A stretch of DNA of 64,000 bases. Source: a virus. Taxonomy: Duplodnaviria > Caudoviricetes. Shown one piece after another: positions 8,815 through 20,200 of the stretch. The position numbers and the translations under genes are program-made. Position 1 is the stretch's first letter; every line of letters starts with the position of its first letter. Under the pieces are notes generated by a model. It saw only the letters and a list, made by a program, of their open reading frames with translations, made no database searches and was not told the origin of the DNA. Where the stretch lies: positions 53,147-117,146 of the IMG/VR virus record IMGVR_UViG_3300033463_000041; one strand, given 5' to 3'.

Positions 8815-10314
8815 CTATGTCCACAGGGCTTTATGCTCCTCCAGCCACTCTTTCGGGTCCTTCCCTTTCCAACTGCCATGACCGAAATGCAGGGCATAAG
8901 GGTCTATGCTCAACTCACGGCGCGGCAGACCGTGGTGTCTCACATCCTCCAAGAACCAGCATCCCGTGTCATACGCCTTGTCAGGAGTCTTGTAAGTCAG
9001 CGCCCACATCTTCGGAAAGTTGAAGTAAGTCACACCCTCCTCCTTCATCATCGGCACGTTGACAAAGCAGAGGAACGGCAACACCCTCTCAACAGTAATC
9101 CTGAAAGCCGACATGTGAGGCTTCACCTGTCCGACGAACGCCTGCGTCTTATCCCAGAAACTGCTGATATCCTGCTTGATGAGCACGTCAGAGTCCATCA
9201 GGATAAACGGGTTGCGACGCTTGTTCACCAGCCACTGCACCGTCCAGCAGTGCTTGGCCGATGCCCATCCGTTGCCAACGTCCACCTTATCCGGGAACTC
9301 CTTCAGCCATTCGTCGAAGTTGATGATCTGCCCCTTGGTATTGTCGAGAACCTCTACACCGTCCATCGGCTCAAACGGTCGCTTGTCGCTGTTGTCGAAC
9401 ACGATGATGCCAACACCAGGCGTATGCTTCTGCAGCGAACGGATGCAGCAGCGCGTCATCTCAGGTGTGTTGTAGTGGACGATGCACACCGTAATACGCT
9501 GCTCCTTGTTGCGCTCGAAGGCTTCCATGTAAGCCTGCTTCTCAGGCGTTGCCTCGTTATACTTAAAGAATCTTCCCTTGTACTTCTTTCGGAAAGCATC
9601 CATGTCAGGCTTGTTGCCAGTACCCTTCGTCCACTTGTTCATCATCCACTCCTCAATGGTTTTCGTGGCGTAGTGGTGCAGTGTGGCCACGTTGAAATCG
9701 TATGGCTGGAATGGCGATGCCTCGCAAGGCTGCCACGTGGCTGTATAGCAGCAGCGCGCCGTATCTGGAATATGCGGATTGCGTCCGTAGGAAATCTCAC
9801 CAAGTCCACCCCTCACGATGCTCTTGATGTGGTTGTTGTTTGGGAAGTCATACTGCACAGCCTTATCCAGTGGCAACGGCTCCGTGAAACGCTCCTTCAC
9901 GCCACGTCCGTCATCATATACCAGTCCGCAGTCGCCATAGCATTTCCAGTTTACCAGCACCGTATCGGCACCAGTGCCCGTATAGAAAGCCAGCCACTGC
10001 TTCACAGTCATCACGCTGTTCACAGTCAAAAACTCGTCGAAGTCAAAAAACGCTATCCAGTCGTACTGCCCACCATACAGGCGATACATTTCGTTATAGG
10101 CCGTGACCTGCACGCCATGCCTGTTTCTGTAGTCATGGATGCTGACCTTGTGCTCAACGATTCTGTCGCCGAGGACATCCTCGAAGTATTCCTCCCCATC
10201 GTGGTTGTTGTCACAGATGTAGATATGGTCAAACCCCAGTTCAAGGTAATGCTCGACCCATTCTCGGGCATATCTGTTCTCGCGCCGCCCGATGGCTACC
10301 AATGCTATCTTCAT
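8815..10314 (-). CDS. Two-domain GT-A glycosyltransferase (GT2/GT92-like + GT2-like)
   Basis: EWVEHYLELGFDHIYICDN, WIAFFDFDEF, LHHY; second domain IVHYNTP...VFDNSD...ILMDSD. Confidence 0.85.
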   Translation of the reverse strand: MKIALVAIGRRENRYAREWVEHYLELGFDHIYICDNNHDGEEYFEDVLGDRIVEHKVSIHDYRNRHGVQVTAYNEMYRLYGGQYDWIAFFDFDEFLTVNSVMTVKQWLAFYTGTGADTVLVNWKCYGDCGLVYDDGRGVKERFTEPLPLDKAVQYDFPNNNHIKSIVRGGLGEISYGRNPHIPDTARCCYTATWQPCEASPFQPYDFNVATLHHYATKTIEEWMMNKWTKGTGNKPDMDAFRKKYKGRFFKYNEATPEKQAYMEAFERNKEQRITVCIVHYNTPEMTRCCIRSLQKHTPGVGIIVFDNSDKRPFEPMDGVEVLDNTKGQIINFDEWLKEFPDKVDVGNGWASAKHCWTVQWLVNKRRNPFILMDSDVLIKQDISSFWDKTQAFVGQVKPHMSAFRITVERVLPFLCFVNVPMMKEEGVTYFNFPKMWALTYKTPDKAYDTGCWFLEDVRHHGLPRRELSIDPYALHFGHGSWKGKDPKEWLEEHKALWT

Positions 10315-10326
10315 GTCGTTATTCTT

Positions 10327-11268
10327 TTATTTGTCGTGTATGCCCAACTTCCTCTCAATCTCCCTGTGAACCGTCTCAGCCCTTACCTTCCAGTCGTAGA
10401 TCTTCTCGTTGTCATTCAAGCAGACCATTCCCGCCTGCGGGTCACGGATAATCTCTGCCAGCCGCTGTGTCGGCGTTTCATGGTCGGTATAGTGCCTTGG
10501 TGGACGGTGCTCTACATACAAGCCCTCAAAGTGCTGGTACAGCATGTAGATATAGTGGTTGTAGCTTCGGTCGTTACGCTTCAGCGGCGACAGGTAATAG
10601 GTTATCTCGTCGCCATGCCTGCGCCATACCTCTTCACAGCTACTCTTCCTGATGGCAGCAAAGATATGCCCTGTGTCTGGCCACTTCGCCGTATAGTGCT
10701 TGCCGTAGCGCCCCGCTATCATGTTCAACTGATACATACACTTTCGTTGGAACACATTCGGATTCGGCGGATATACCCGCTCCTTTATCCTCTGGCACGG
10801 CAAGAGTGTGCCGTCCGGTTCTGCCTGACGGAAAAAATCCTCCGGCTGCAGCGGACTCAGCGGAAACATGTCGTCATTCCCGTAGATAAAGTATTCCGAC
10901 AGACCAGGTATCTTATGCAGGAACATCTCAATGCACGGACTCGCAAAGCATGGCAGCATGTTTGCCGGCATAAACTCCCGATGGAACGCCACCCTCACCT
11001 CCGGCTGTCCTGTGCCTTGCGGTTCTGCCGTAATGTTCTTCATCCACTCCTGCACCTGGCTTTCCTGTGCCAGCAGGATATAGATACGTCTGAGCCACGG
11101 CATAAACTTCATGCAGCACCTCACCAGCAGTTCCTCCGTACCCCACGAACGGAAACGCTCACTCATGGTTGCATCCCCTACATGGAAGCGTTGGTATTCC
11201 CGCCGCCACTCAGGGTCAGCGGGAAATACCATCGGTATAACGAGGTCTATATTAATATCTCTCTCCAT
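10327..11268 (-). CDS. Stealth family sugar-1-phosphate transferase
   Basis: CR1 IDLVIPMV..D..W, CR2 ELLVRC..FMPWLRRIYIL / IEMFLHKIPGLSEYFIYGNDDMF, CR3 H, CR4 MVCLND. Confidence 0.85.
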   Translation of the reverse strand: MERDINIDLVIPMVFPADPEWRREYQRFHVGDATMSERFRSWGTEELLVRCCMKFMPWLRRIYILLAQESQVQEWMKNITAEPQGTGQPEVRVAFHREFMPANMLPCFASPCIEMFLHKIPGLSEYFIYGNDDMFPLSPLQPEDFFRQAEPDGTLLPCQRIKERVYPPNPNVFQRKCMYQLNMIAGRYGKHYTAKWPDTGHIFAAIRKSSCEEVWRRHGDEITYYLSPLKRNDRSYNHYIYMLYQHFEGLYVEHRPPRHYTDHETPTQRLAEIIRDPQAGMVCLNDNEKIYDWKVRAETVHREIERKLGIHDK

Positions 11269-14200
11269 GTCTCGTCACGTTTTTCTTACCCGTATCGTAG
11301 CTGTCCACCAAGCCACCCTTGCCGTACACGTCGAAGGTTGCCTTGATGCCGTTTGTTCGCAGGTCTTCCAGCAAGTCGCTCTGGCGGTCGATGCTCTCTT
11401 TCAGTGATATTACCTGCTCCATGCTCATGCTGGTATCGCCACCGCCCAGTGTGCTCTCTACCTCCTCAAACTCATCCAGATTACCTTCGGCAAAGGCTCG
11501 TATGCCACCACGTCCGACGGTTCTACGACGGGCAGGAAGGCGACCGCCGTTGTATAGCGTCTGTATCGACTGCCAGATGCCGTTGTCGTCCATCTGCAGT
11601 TGTCGGGTAGTGTGCGCGTCGATGATGGCCTCCCTACCCTTCTCGCCTACCAAGTGGAACTCCGGCCCATTGGTAATGTGTGTCTTGGCGTTCTTACCCA
11701 TGTAGCGGGCGCGGTACGTCTTACCGTCGGCACTATCCACGTTATACTGTCTGCCAGGCGTCAGCGTCGATGGATCCGTAAACTCATTCACGTTACCCTC
11801 GCCATACGTCAGCATACCAGTTGCCATACGACCAGCACCGACACTGGCACCAGTCACCTGTGCAATCTGACTCTTCGATTTCGCAATCTTCGAGACGGCA
11901 AGACCAACCAATCCACCAAGTATGGCAGTGATGGCAGCAAAAGCTGCTGCACCACCGATAGGACCAAGTTGGGCAAAAGCCTTTGATGCTACGGCAGGTG
12001 TGTCGGCGGCAACCTGTCCCGTGTTCTGTGCTAACGAAGCCGTCAGCGCACTGATAGCTGCCTGTCCTGCAGCCTGCACGGCAATCATCTCAAACTTCTG
12101 AGCCGTTGAAAGATTGTCATTCGACATGGCCTGATAGGCAATACCGTACAGGTTAGCTGCTGCCGTCATCTTGGCAAAAGCCGACTGTGCGCCAGATGAT
12201 ATCTTTTTGTCGGTCTGGTTCTCGCCCTGCTGTATCTTGCTCTGGTTGGCAAGCACCTGACCAGTAGCCTTGTTGCTTGCATCAACCATACCCTGATAAG
12301 CATTCTGCATATTCTCCATACCGGCCTGCATGCTTTCCTCCGTCATCTGCCACGGTGGAGTAATGCCTGGTGTCTCTGCCAGGTTCTCTTGCATCTGCAT
12401 CATAGCCTCCGTACCCTGCTCAGTGTACGACTGCCACATCAGCCCCATGTTCTCCTGACCCTTGACAATATCCTCGTCGGTCATCTGCCACGGAGCCTTA
12501 TAGGTTGGTGCTTCACCACCGTTATTCTCTTCAGGTCGGCGTATGGAGTTTGGCACACCGTCTTCTCCTACGCCCATATCGCCCGAACCTTCTGTTGCAG
12601 GAACACCACCCATTGCCGATGTCAGCGCATTGATGGCGGCTGTGTTGGCTCCGAGTGCTGCCGTGTTCAGGTCTACGCTTTGGCTCTGAAGGAAAGCGTT
12701 CATCCAGTCGGTGATGCTCTCCGACATCTTCATGTTGATGTCATCCATAGCCTTGCTCCACGCCTCTGCCTGTGCGTTCTGCTGCTCAATCTCATGCTCA
12801 CGCTCCAAAGCCTGACGCTCATCAAGGTATTCATAGTGGGCCTGTGCATCGCTGGTACCCGCATTGTCAATGACAACGTAGGTGCCTGCACCGGGACCGC
12901 CCTTGCCCGTCAAGTCCATCTTGGCGCGCTCGTTATAGTAATCGGCATTGCCGGCGTTGGATGCCTCGAAGATGCTTTGCAGGCTCGAAGACAACAGATT
13001 GCCCCACTCCTTCAACTCGGTATAGAGTCGGTTCTGAGATTCCTCAACCTTTGCCGTCAGTTCCTCTTCCAGTTTCAACAGTTCAGTTTGCTCCTTAGTG
13101 GTAGCCAGATTGAGTGCCATCTGAACATGCTGTGCATCTTGGCTCTTGCGCTTGGCTTCCTCCAACTTGCCCTGCGCTTCCAGTTCTTTCGACTGCTGTT
13201 TCAGTATCTCTACCTGAGCCAGTCCGCGTTTACGCATCAGATCATAGTATGCCTTCTGCATCGACATCTGTACCTGCATCTGCTTGATGGCCAACTTGTC
13301 GACCACACGCTCCGATGCCTGTCCAGCACCGATGAGCGAGTTTGCACGGCTTACCCTACCCTGCTCAATGCCAAGCGTCGAGATGGTCTTGTCGAAAGCC
13401 TGCTTCATGGTGGTCTCGCCGTCAGGCATGAGGATATTGTTCCACATGATTTCGGCTTCCTTCTTCAACTGCGAGGCTTCCTTCTTGATAGCATCCTGAA
13501 TGGTGTCAAAAGTAGAGCGCAACTGTGCCATCAAGCCCTCCTGCATCTGCGGATTCTGCTTCATCTCCTCCACCCATGCCGTCAGTCCGGCTTCGGCGGC
13601 ACGCTGCATCACCTCCTCGGCAGTTGTCGAGTAGGCGTTTTCAGCCTCGCCCAACAGGAACGTCATTTCCTTAAACGCCTCTTGGGCTTGCTTCTCGTTG
13701 AACTTCGTCATGTCGGCATTCTTCGCCATCAACTCGTCGCGCTCCTTGCTCATGTGCGCCGTCAGGATACCCATAGTCGTGAGGTTTGTCTGCAGGTCCT
13801 TTGTGATGCCGTTGAACGGACGTTCCTTGTCGATGATATCCTGAATGGCCTTCATGTGCTGACCGATGGCGTTGCGCTGACGCAGGAAGTCCTGCTCAAT
13901 ATCCTTATCCAGATTACCATAGATGCGGTCCATAGCGGCCTTGCTCTTCTTGCCGACGTCCTCAATGAACTTCACCGTCTGGGCAATATCCTGCCTGATA
14001 AAGGATGTCGTTTCGCCAGTACGCTCCGATATGATGTTGAAGATAGCCTGTTGTTCAGTCTTTGTCACTTCTGCACCCTTCTTGGCATACAGCTGCTGCA
14101 ACTCGGCACGGCGCTGTCGCCACTCGGCCTCATTGGCAATGGTGCGGTTGCGTGCCTCTGCCTCGCTGATTTCCTCGTCGTTCTGAGCTTCCTGTATCTT

Positions 14201-17200
14201 CGCCTTACGCTCGGTATAGTAAGCATCCAACTCGTCCAGGTAATACTTCATCTCGTCTCTCACCACGCGGCTTGCTCTACGCTGTGCTTTTGGGTCGAGC
14301 CAGTCGCCGGTGTTCGTCAGGTGCTTGGCATGAAGTGCATCTTGTATTTTCAGTCGTTCTGAGTTATACCACTCAATGGCGTCATTGGTGGTCTTGATGT
14401 TCTTGCGCACGGCGTCGCTGATGAACTTCGCATCCTCCGACAATACCGCCTGTACGTCTGCACCGTTGGCCAGAGCCTTTACGCGCTCCAACATCTCCTT
14501 ACGACGCGCCACAAGGTCGTCACCGTTCCACTCAGAGTACGGAGAGGTCACTTTGTTATAATCGCCATAGGGGTTGGCATTTTTGCCACCGGGGCTGTAG
14601 TCAGCCTTTTGGATAATCTTACGATACTCCTTCAACTGCTCGTCACTCAGAAGCCATGACTCAGCCACTTTGCGCTGCGCCTCGTCCAACTGTTCTCCAC
14701 TGGCTTGCAGTGCGCTGCGTAGCGCATCCTGGTCGGCCACGAACTGACGGACCTGTTCTACATTCTTCTTGTCAATGTCAGGCTTCCATCCTGCAGGTGC
14801 CATCTGCTGTTCGGGCGTTGTCTCACGGGTCTGCTGCCAAGGAGCATTCCATCCTCCTTGCTGCTGACCGCCAAACAGGTTAGGAATGTTGACGCCACTA
14901 CCGCCGCCTTGCGGCTGAAGCATCGGCGGTGTGTTCTGTTGCTGCTGCTTGATGTTCCTCACAGCATTACCAACCGTGCTGGCAACCTTGCTGACAAGCG
15001 TGTTAATATTGTTGGCAAGGTCATACTTGATGGCTCCCTGAATACCGCGCAAGTCAGAGCGCATGTTTGCCGTCTGACTCATAATGTCGTTATGCTGGTC
15101 TTTGGCGTCGTTCATGTACGTGATGAGTGCAGAACGAACACCGCTGACACTCTTCTTTGACAGTTCACCGTCGGCAACCAGTCGCTCCAGGAAACCATTG
15201 AGTTTATTGTTGAATTCCGGTGCAAGAACGATGCCACCGCCCCAGCGTTTATCAATCTTCTCGATGTTCTGATCGACAAGGCTCTTCAAACTGTCAGCAA
15301 TCCTCTCGACGTCGGTACCGCTCTTTGCGCCAGAGCGTACACGGCTGACAATCTTTCCGTAGTCGGCACTCAGGTCTTCGTCGTATTCCTCTTGGATTTT
15401 CTTCTCCTTCTCGGCAATACGACGCTCGTAGGCTTCTTCCCTGATACGTTTGGCAATCAGGGAATGGGCATCTGCCAACTGGATAGCAGATGAAGTCTCG
15501 CTGAGCATATAACCCAGATACCTGCCGTACTTATCATTAATCTGCTTGATAAGGTCAAGGCGCTCCTTCTGTGCAAGGTTAGACTTATTCAACGGGTCAA
15601 ACAGACTGTCAAGCACCTTCTTCTCGTCGGCCATCTTCTGATGGAATCGTCCAACCTCTGCAGCAGCTTCCTTGGCGGCCTTGTGCCATTCCCACATTTT
15701 CATAGCCAGCATGGCGATAGCAGCGATGATTGCTCCGATGACGTTCTGCTTCATAGCCAGATCCATCTTCTTCCACTCCATTCTTGCCAGTCGTGTACGT
15801 GCTGTAACCAAGCCCAACTTCTCGCCTAAGACACCAAGCGACGTTCCGATGCCAGCCATACCAGCCATCAGTGCTGTTGTCAGCGTCTTAAAACCACCGC
15901 CAATACCCATAAAGGCTGCACCTATCTGCAACTTCATAGCAGCGGCGTAGGTCAGCATCAATTTGAAACCAACGGCCAATGGGCCATCAGAGGCAAACCA
16001 GTCGGCCAGTGTTCGCAGTCCGTCGATGATTCTACCGAGGAAACGCTGCGCTGAGTCACTGACAAACCATTCTTCTATGCTGTTCTTCAGTCGCTCCCAC
16101 TTGGCTGCCGTGGTTTCATTCATATTGTTATACTCGTTCAGCAGGGCCGTATTCTGGCGATAGGCATTATTGGCAATACCAAGTTGCTTCTCCAGTTCGT
16201 CCACGTTCTGCGACAGAAGACCAAACACGATACCGGCACGTGCGCCCTGCTGGTTCAGTTCCTTCATAACCTCCTGCATGGTGGCGTTCTTTCCCAGCAT
16301 CTCTTCCACGTGGTCGGCCATAGCGTTCATGCCTTTCTCCGTCGATGTGTCATACTGCTGAACACTCTCACGCATCTTTTGGAAGATAAGCACCATAGCA
16401 TCCATAGCACGCCCACTATTGAACATGTCTTTCAGAGACTTCTCTGTCACGCCTATAGCATTTGCTACTGCAAACGAGTTATTGCGGATTGCAGGAATCA
16501 TTCGTGACAATGCCGTTGCCGACATCTCAACGCGACCACCCAACGCATCGACGGTAGAACCCAGAGCAGCCACCTGGTCAATGGTGATGCCTGCCTGAGC
16601 ACCTACGGCACCGACACGCTTCACGAAGTCGGTAATGGCTGGCGCGGTAGATGCACTGTTGGCACGCAGTTCGATGATAGTAGAACCGACGCGCTCAAGT
16701 GTTTCTTGCACGTCGTCACCATTGCGCTTCAAGTCGCCAGTTGCCTTGGCAATCTTCATCAGCTCAGTAGCCGATTCCTCACCCATTTCAGGCAGGGCAA
16801 CCATCAACTGATTAGCGGCTTCTGTGAATCCTCGTATGTCCTCCTGTGCCTTCAAACCCAACTGACCGCCACGTGCCGATATGCTGAGCAGCTGTTCTAT
16901 CGGTGTGCGCGTATCAAGTTTCGTCAAGTTGTCTGACAGTCGCCCTACTTCATCAGCCGTAAAGTGGGTAGTCTTACGGACTTCACCCATCTTGTCCGAG
17001 AGCGTCATAAGATCACCCATCGTTGACGTAATCTTCTGCATGGCGACGGCTGCACCGACGTACAGACTGATATAGGTCTTCAGTCGGCCCCATGCCTTAT
17101 CGAAGGCAGACACCGTACCCTTGGCAGAATTTCCAAGGGTCTTCATCTCCAGGTCGCAGGCTTTTATCTTCTTAGCCAGTTCATCGAAAGCCTTCTGCCC

Positions 17201-20200
17201 TTCTTTGGTGGTGCGGTCCATGCTCTGCAGTTTCAGACGGCCCTGCTCTACGGCCTGCTTCAACTCGTTGTACGAACGGCCTTTAGGACGGTCAAGCACT
17301 TCCTGAACTTCCTTGCTGATGGTGTTGACGCGCTTTAACTCTATGTTGATACCGTCGATGTCGCGCTGCAATTTCTGCCACGACCTACCGCCCTTCTCCA
17401 CGCGCTGCTGCAGTTCTTCGAGCACTTTCTTAGCCTGTTTAAGCTCTTCGGTACTACCACTGAATGAACCGCCACGCACCTGCTTTCCGATGGTGACGGC
17501 CTGACGCAGCGACATAGCCTGCTGTGCGGCTTTCTCTGCCGACTGCCCAGCCTTTATCAGATATTCGTTGATCTTGGCGATGGTGTCGGCATTATCCTTC
17601 TGTGGCAGGGAGTCGCGATATTTCTTTAGCGCATCGGCCTGCTTTTTTATCTCGTTGGCACTGGCGTTCTCATCCTTGCCATCCTTAAAGAAATTGAAGG
17701 CTTCCTGCCCCTCAGTCTTAATAGCCTGCTCCTGTAACTGACGCACACGCTTCAGGTCTTTCTCATAGCGTGCCAGACTGGCTGCTGCCGTATTGGGGTC
17801 ATCAATCAGTCGCTGCCAGTATTGCTCCTGTGCTTTCAGTGCCGACGCCGACAAATCCTTTGTGTTGTACAGCTGCTTGCGCATCATCGTGTCATTCTCC
17901 TGACGCTTGCGGGCAGCATCGGCGATGGCTTGTGCCTCCTTGCGGGCTGCACGTTCGGCTTCTACTCCGTATTTCTTGATGTGCTCCTCAGCATCCACGA
18001 TGGCAGTTTTCAAGCGCTGATACTCCGGACTCGTAGCTGCCAACGTCTGCTGATACTGCTTGGCGGCTTCAATGGCGTTACGGATACTACCCTCACTCAT
18101 CAGCATCTTATTGCCGTATATCTTCTGAGCGTCGGTCTTCACCTGCTCTGCGGCCAACTTCTGCTGTTCGTGGACGATAGCCTCCATATTTGCCTTGGCA
18201 TCTATGTATGCCTGGCTGGTACGCTCGGCACCGTCCATCTGCGCCTGCCAGTAGCGGCGTGTTTCTTCCAGACCGGCATCCGACAGCTTACTGAGATCGA
18301 CCATGCGGTCTTTCATCATCTGCAACTGCGCAGCAGCTTGCTGTGCGCTACGGGCGGTTTCCAGTCCGTATTGCTTCATGTGCTCTTCGGCACGGATGAT
18401 GTTATTCTGCAAATCTGTATATGCTGCATTGGTGGGCTTCATGGTAGCCAACAGTTGCTTTGCAGCATTTACCGACTCCTGTAACTCAGCACCCGACAAC
18501 GTTCTCAGGTTCTTACGACCCAGACGGTTGGCACTTGCTTCAAGTTGTGCCTGAGTCTGTTTCTCCTGTTCGGCATTGATGCGTTTCAGGTTGCGTTCTG
18601 CTTCCTTGAAGGCACGGCTTCCACGGGTGGCACCGTCCATCTGTGCCTGCCAATAACGCTGTGTTTCAGTCAGCCCCTCCTTCGACAGACGGTTGAGTGC
18701 CGACATGCGGTCCTGCATCTGCTTATGCTTCTCGGCCAACAACTGCTGGGCTTCTGCCTGTTTTTGCGCTGTGCGCGCTGCCTCGATGCCTGTGTCCTTC
18801 AGGTGCTTCTCGGCCTTAACGATGCGCTCGGCCAGTTGGTTGGCTTCGTCGCTACCGCTCTTATAGGTCTGGATGAGTTGCTTGGCGGCTTCAATGCCCT
18901 GGCGTATCTCGGTCTCGCTCAGCGTACCCAAGTCGTCCACCTTCAGGCGGTCGGCGATGGGTTGCGACAGCTTGGCAACCTCGGCATTCATCTGCGTCAG
19001 TCGCTCGCTCAGTCGGTTAATGGCGTCGCCACGCTCCTGCATGGTCTTGGCATCGGTGGCCTCAGTCTCAATCTTCTTCTTCAACAGTTCGATGGCCTGC
19101 TTCACCTTCTCGATGCTGACGTTCTCCGACTGTGCCATCTCGATGGCGGCCTCGGTCTCCTTGCGGTTCAGGTTGGTGATGGCCTGTGCGTTCTGGTCGA
19201 AAGCCTGCGTCAGGTCGTTGATTTCCTTTTGCAGGTCCTCAGCCTTCTTGCGCATCTGCGTCATTTCTTCCTCCGACTTACGTTCAGGAAGAACCTCACG
19301 CATGGTGGTGTTGATGGTCTCGTCGCTGCGGTTGATGACGCGCTGGGCATTTCTGCGGTCTTTCGTGGCCTGGTCGCGGGCTTCCTTCATCGGGCCCATC
19401 TTCTGCAGTTCCTCGTTATACTCGGCCTGCTTCTGAGTGAGGCGTGCGGTCACGTCCGACTGCTCTTTCTCAGCAGCCGTCTCGCTCTTCGTCATCTTCT
19501 CCAGTTCCTCCTGGGCCTTTCTCAACTGCTCCTTCTTGGCAGCGAGTTTGCTATCCAGATCCTCTCGGCGTTTCAGCAGCTGCTCCATCGTCATCTCTGC
19601 ATCGGCAGACTCCTTCACGGCCTGCGTCTGCTCCTGAGTGGCTTCGGCATTCTTCTTGGCAGCCTTGGCACCCTTCTCCTGCAACTGTGTGAGGCGTTCG
19701 GTGTTGCCGGCCTTCTGCTGCTCCAGAGCGGCTATCTGTTCGTCGATTTGCTTTTTCTGCTGGTCAACGCTGACGTTATCTTTCTTCGCCTTGGTATTTG
19801 CCTCGGTAGCCTGAGTCCCGCTCTTCACGGCCTGGTATTCCTCCCATGCAGCCTTGGTGCGCTCCTCCTGCTTCACCACATAGCGCTGACGGTATGTCTC
19901 GGCATCGTCAAGTGCCTGACCTCTGGCAGTGCGCTTGCCGTCCTTCTCTTCAGGGCCGCCTATGGCGTTGGCCTTGTCGAGACGCTTCTGGTATTCCTCT
20001 TTACGCTTTCTGAGGGTTTCGTCTTCCTGACGGTATGCCTCACGCAGGCGTTTCACCTCTTCCTCCTGAGCCTGGTCGGCAGCAGTTTGCTCCTTGGTGG
20101 CAGCGGTAACACCCTTCGAGATGTTGGTAAGTTCCAGCATACGGGCACCGCGCTGCTTCAATGCCTCTGGATCAACGGTGACTTGCAGGGCACCGAACTC

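Noticed and set aside
8833-11346. 837-aa plus-strand ORF antisense to the glycosyltransferase and Stealth genes
   Set aside because: Shadow ORF of codon-biased minus-strand genes; no motifs; the antisense genes have clear family signatures
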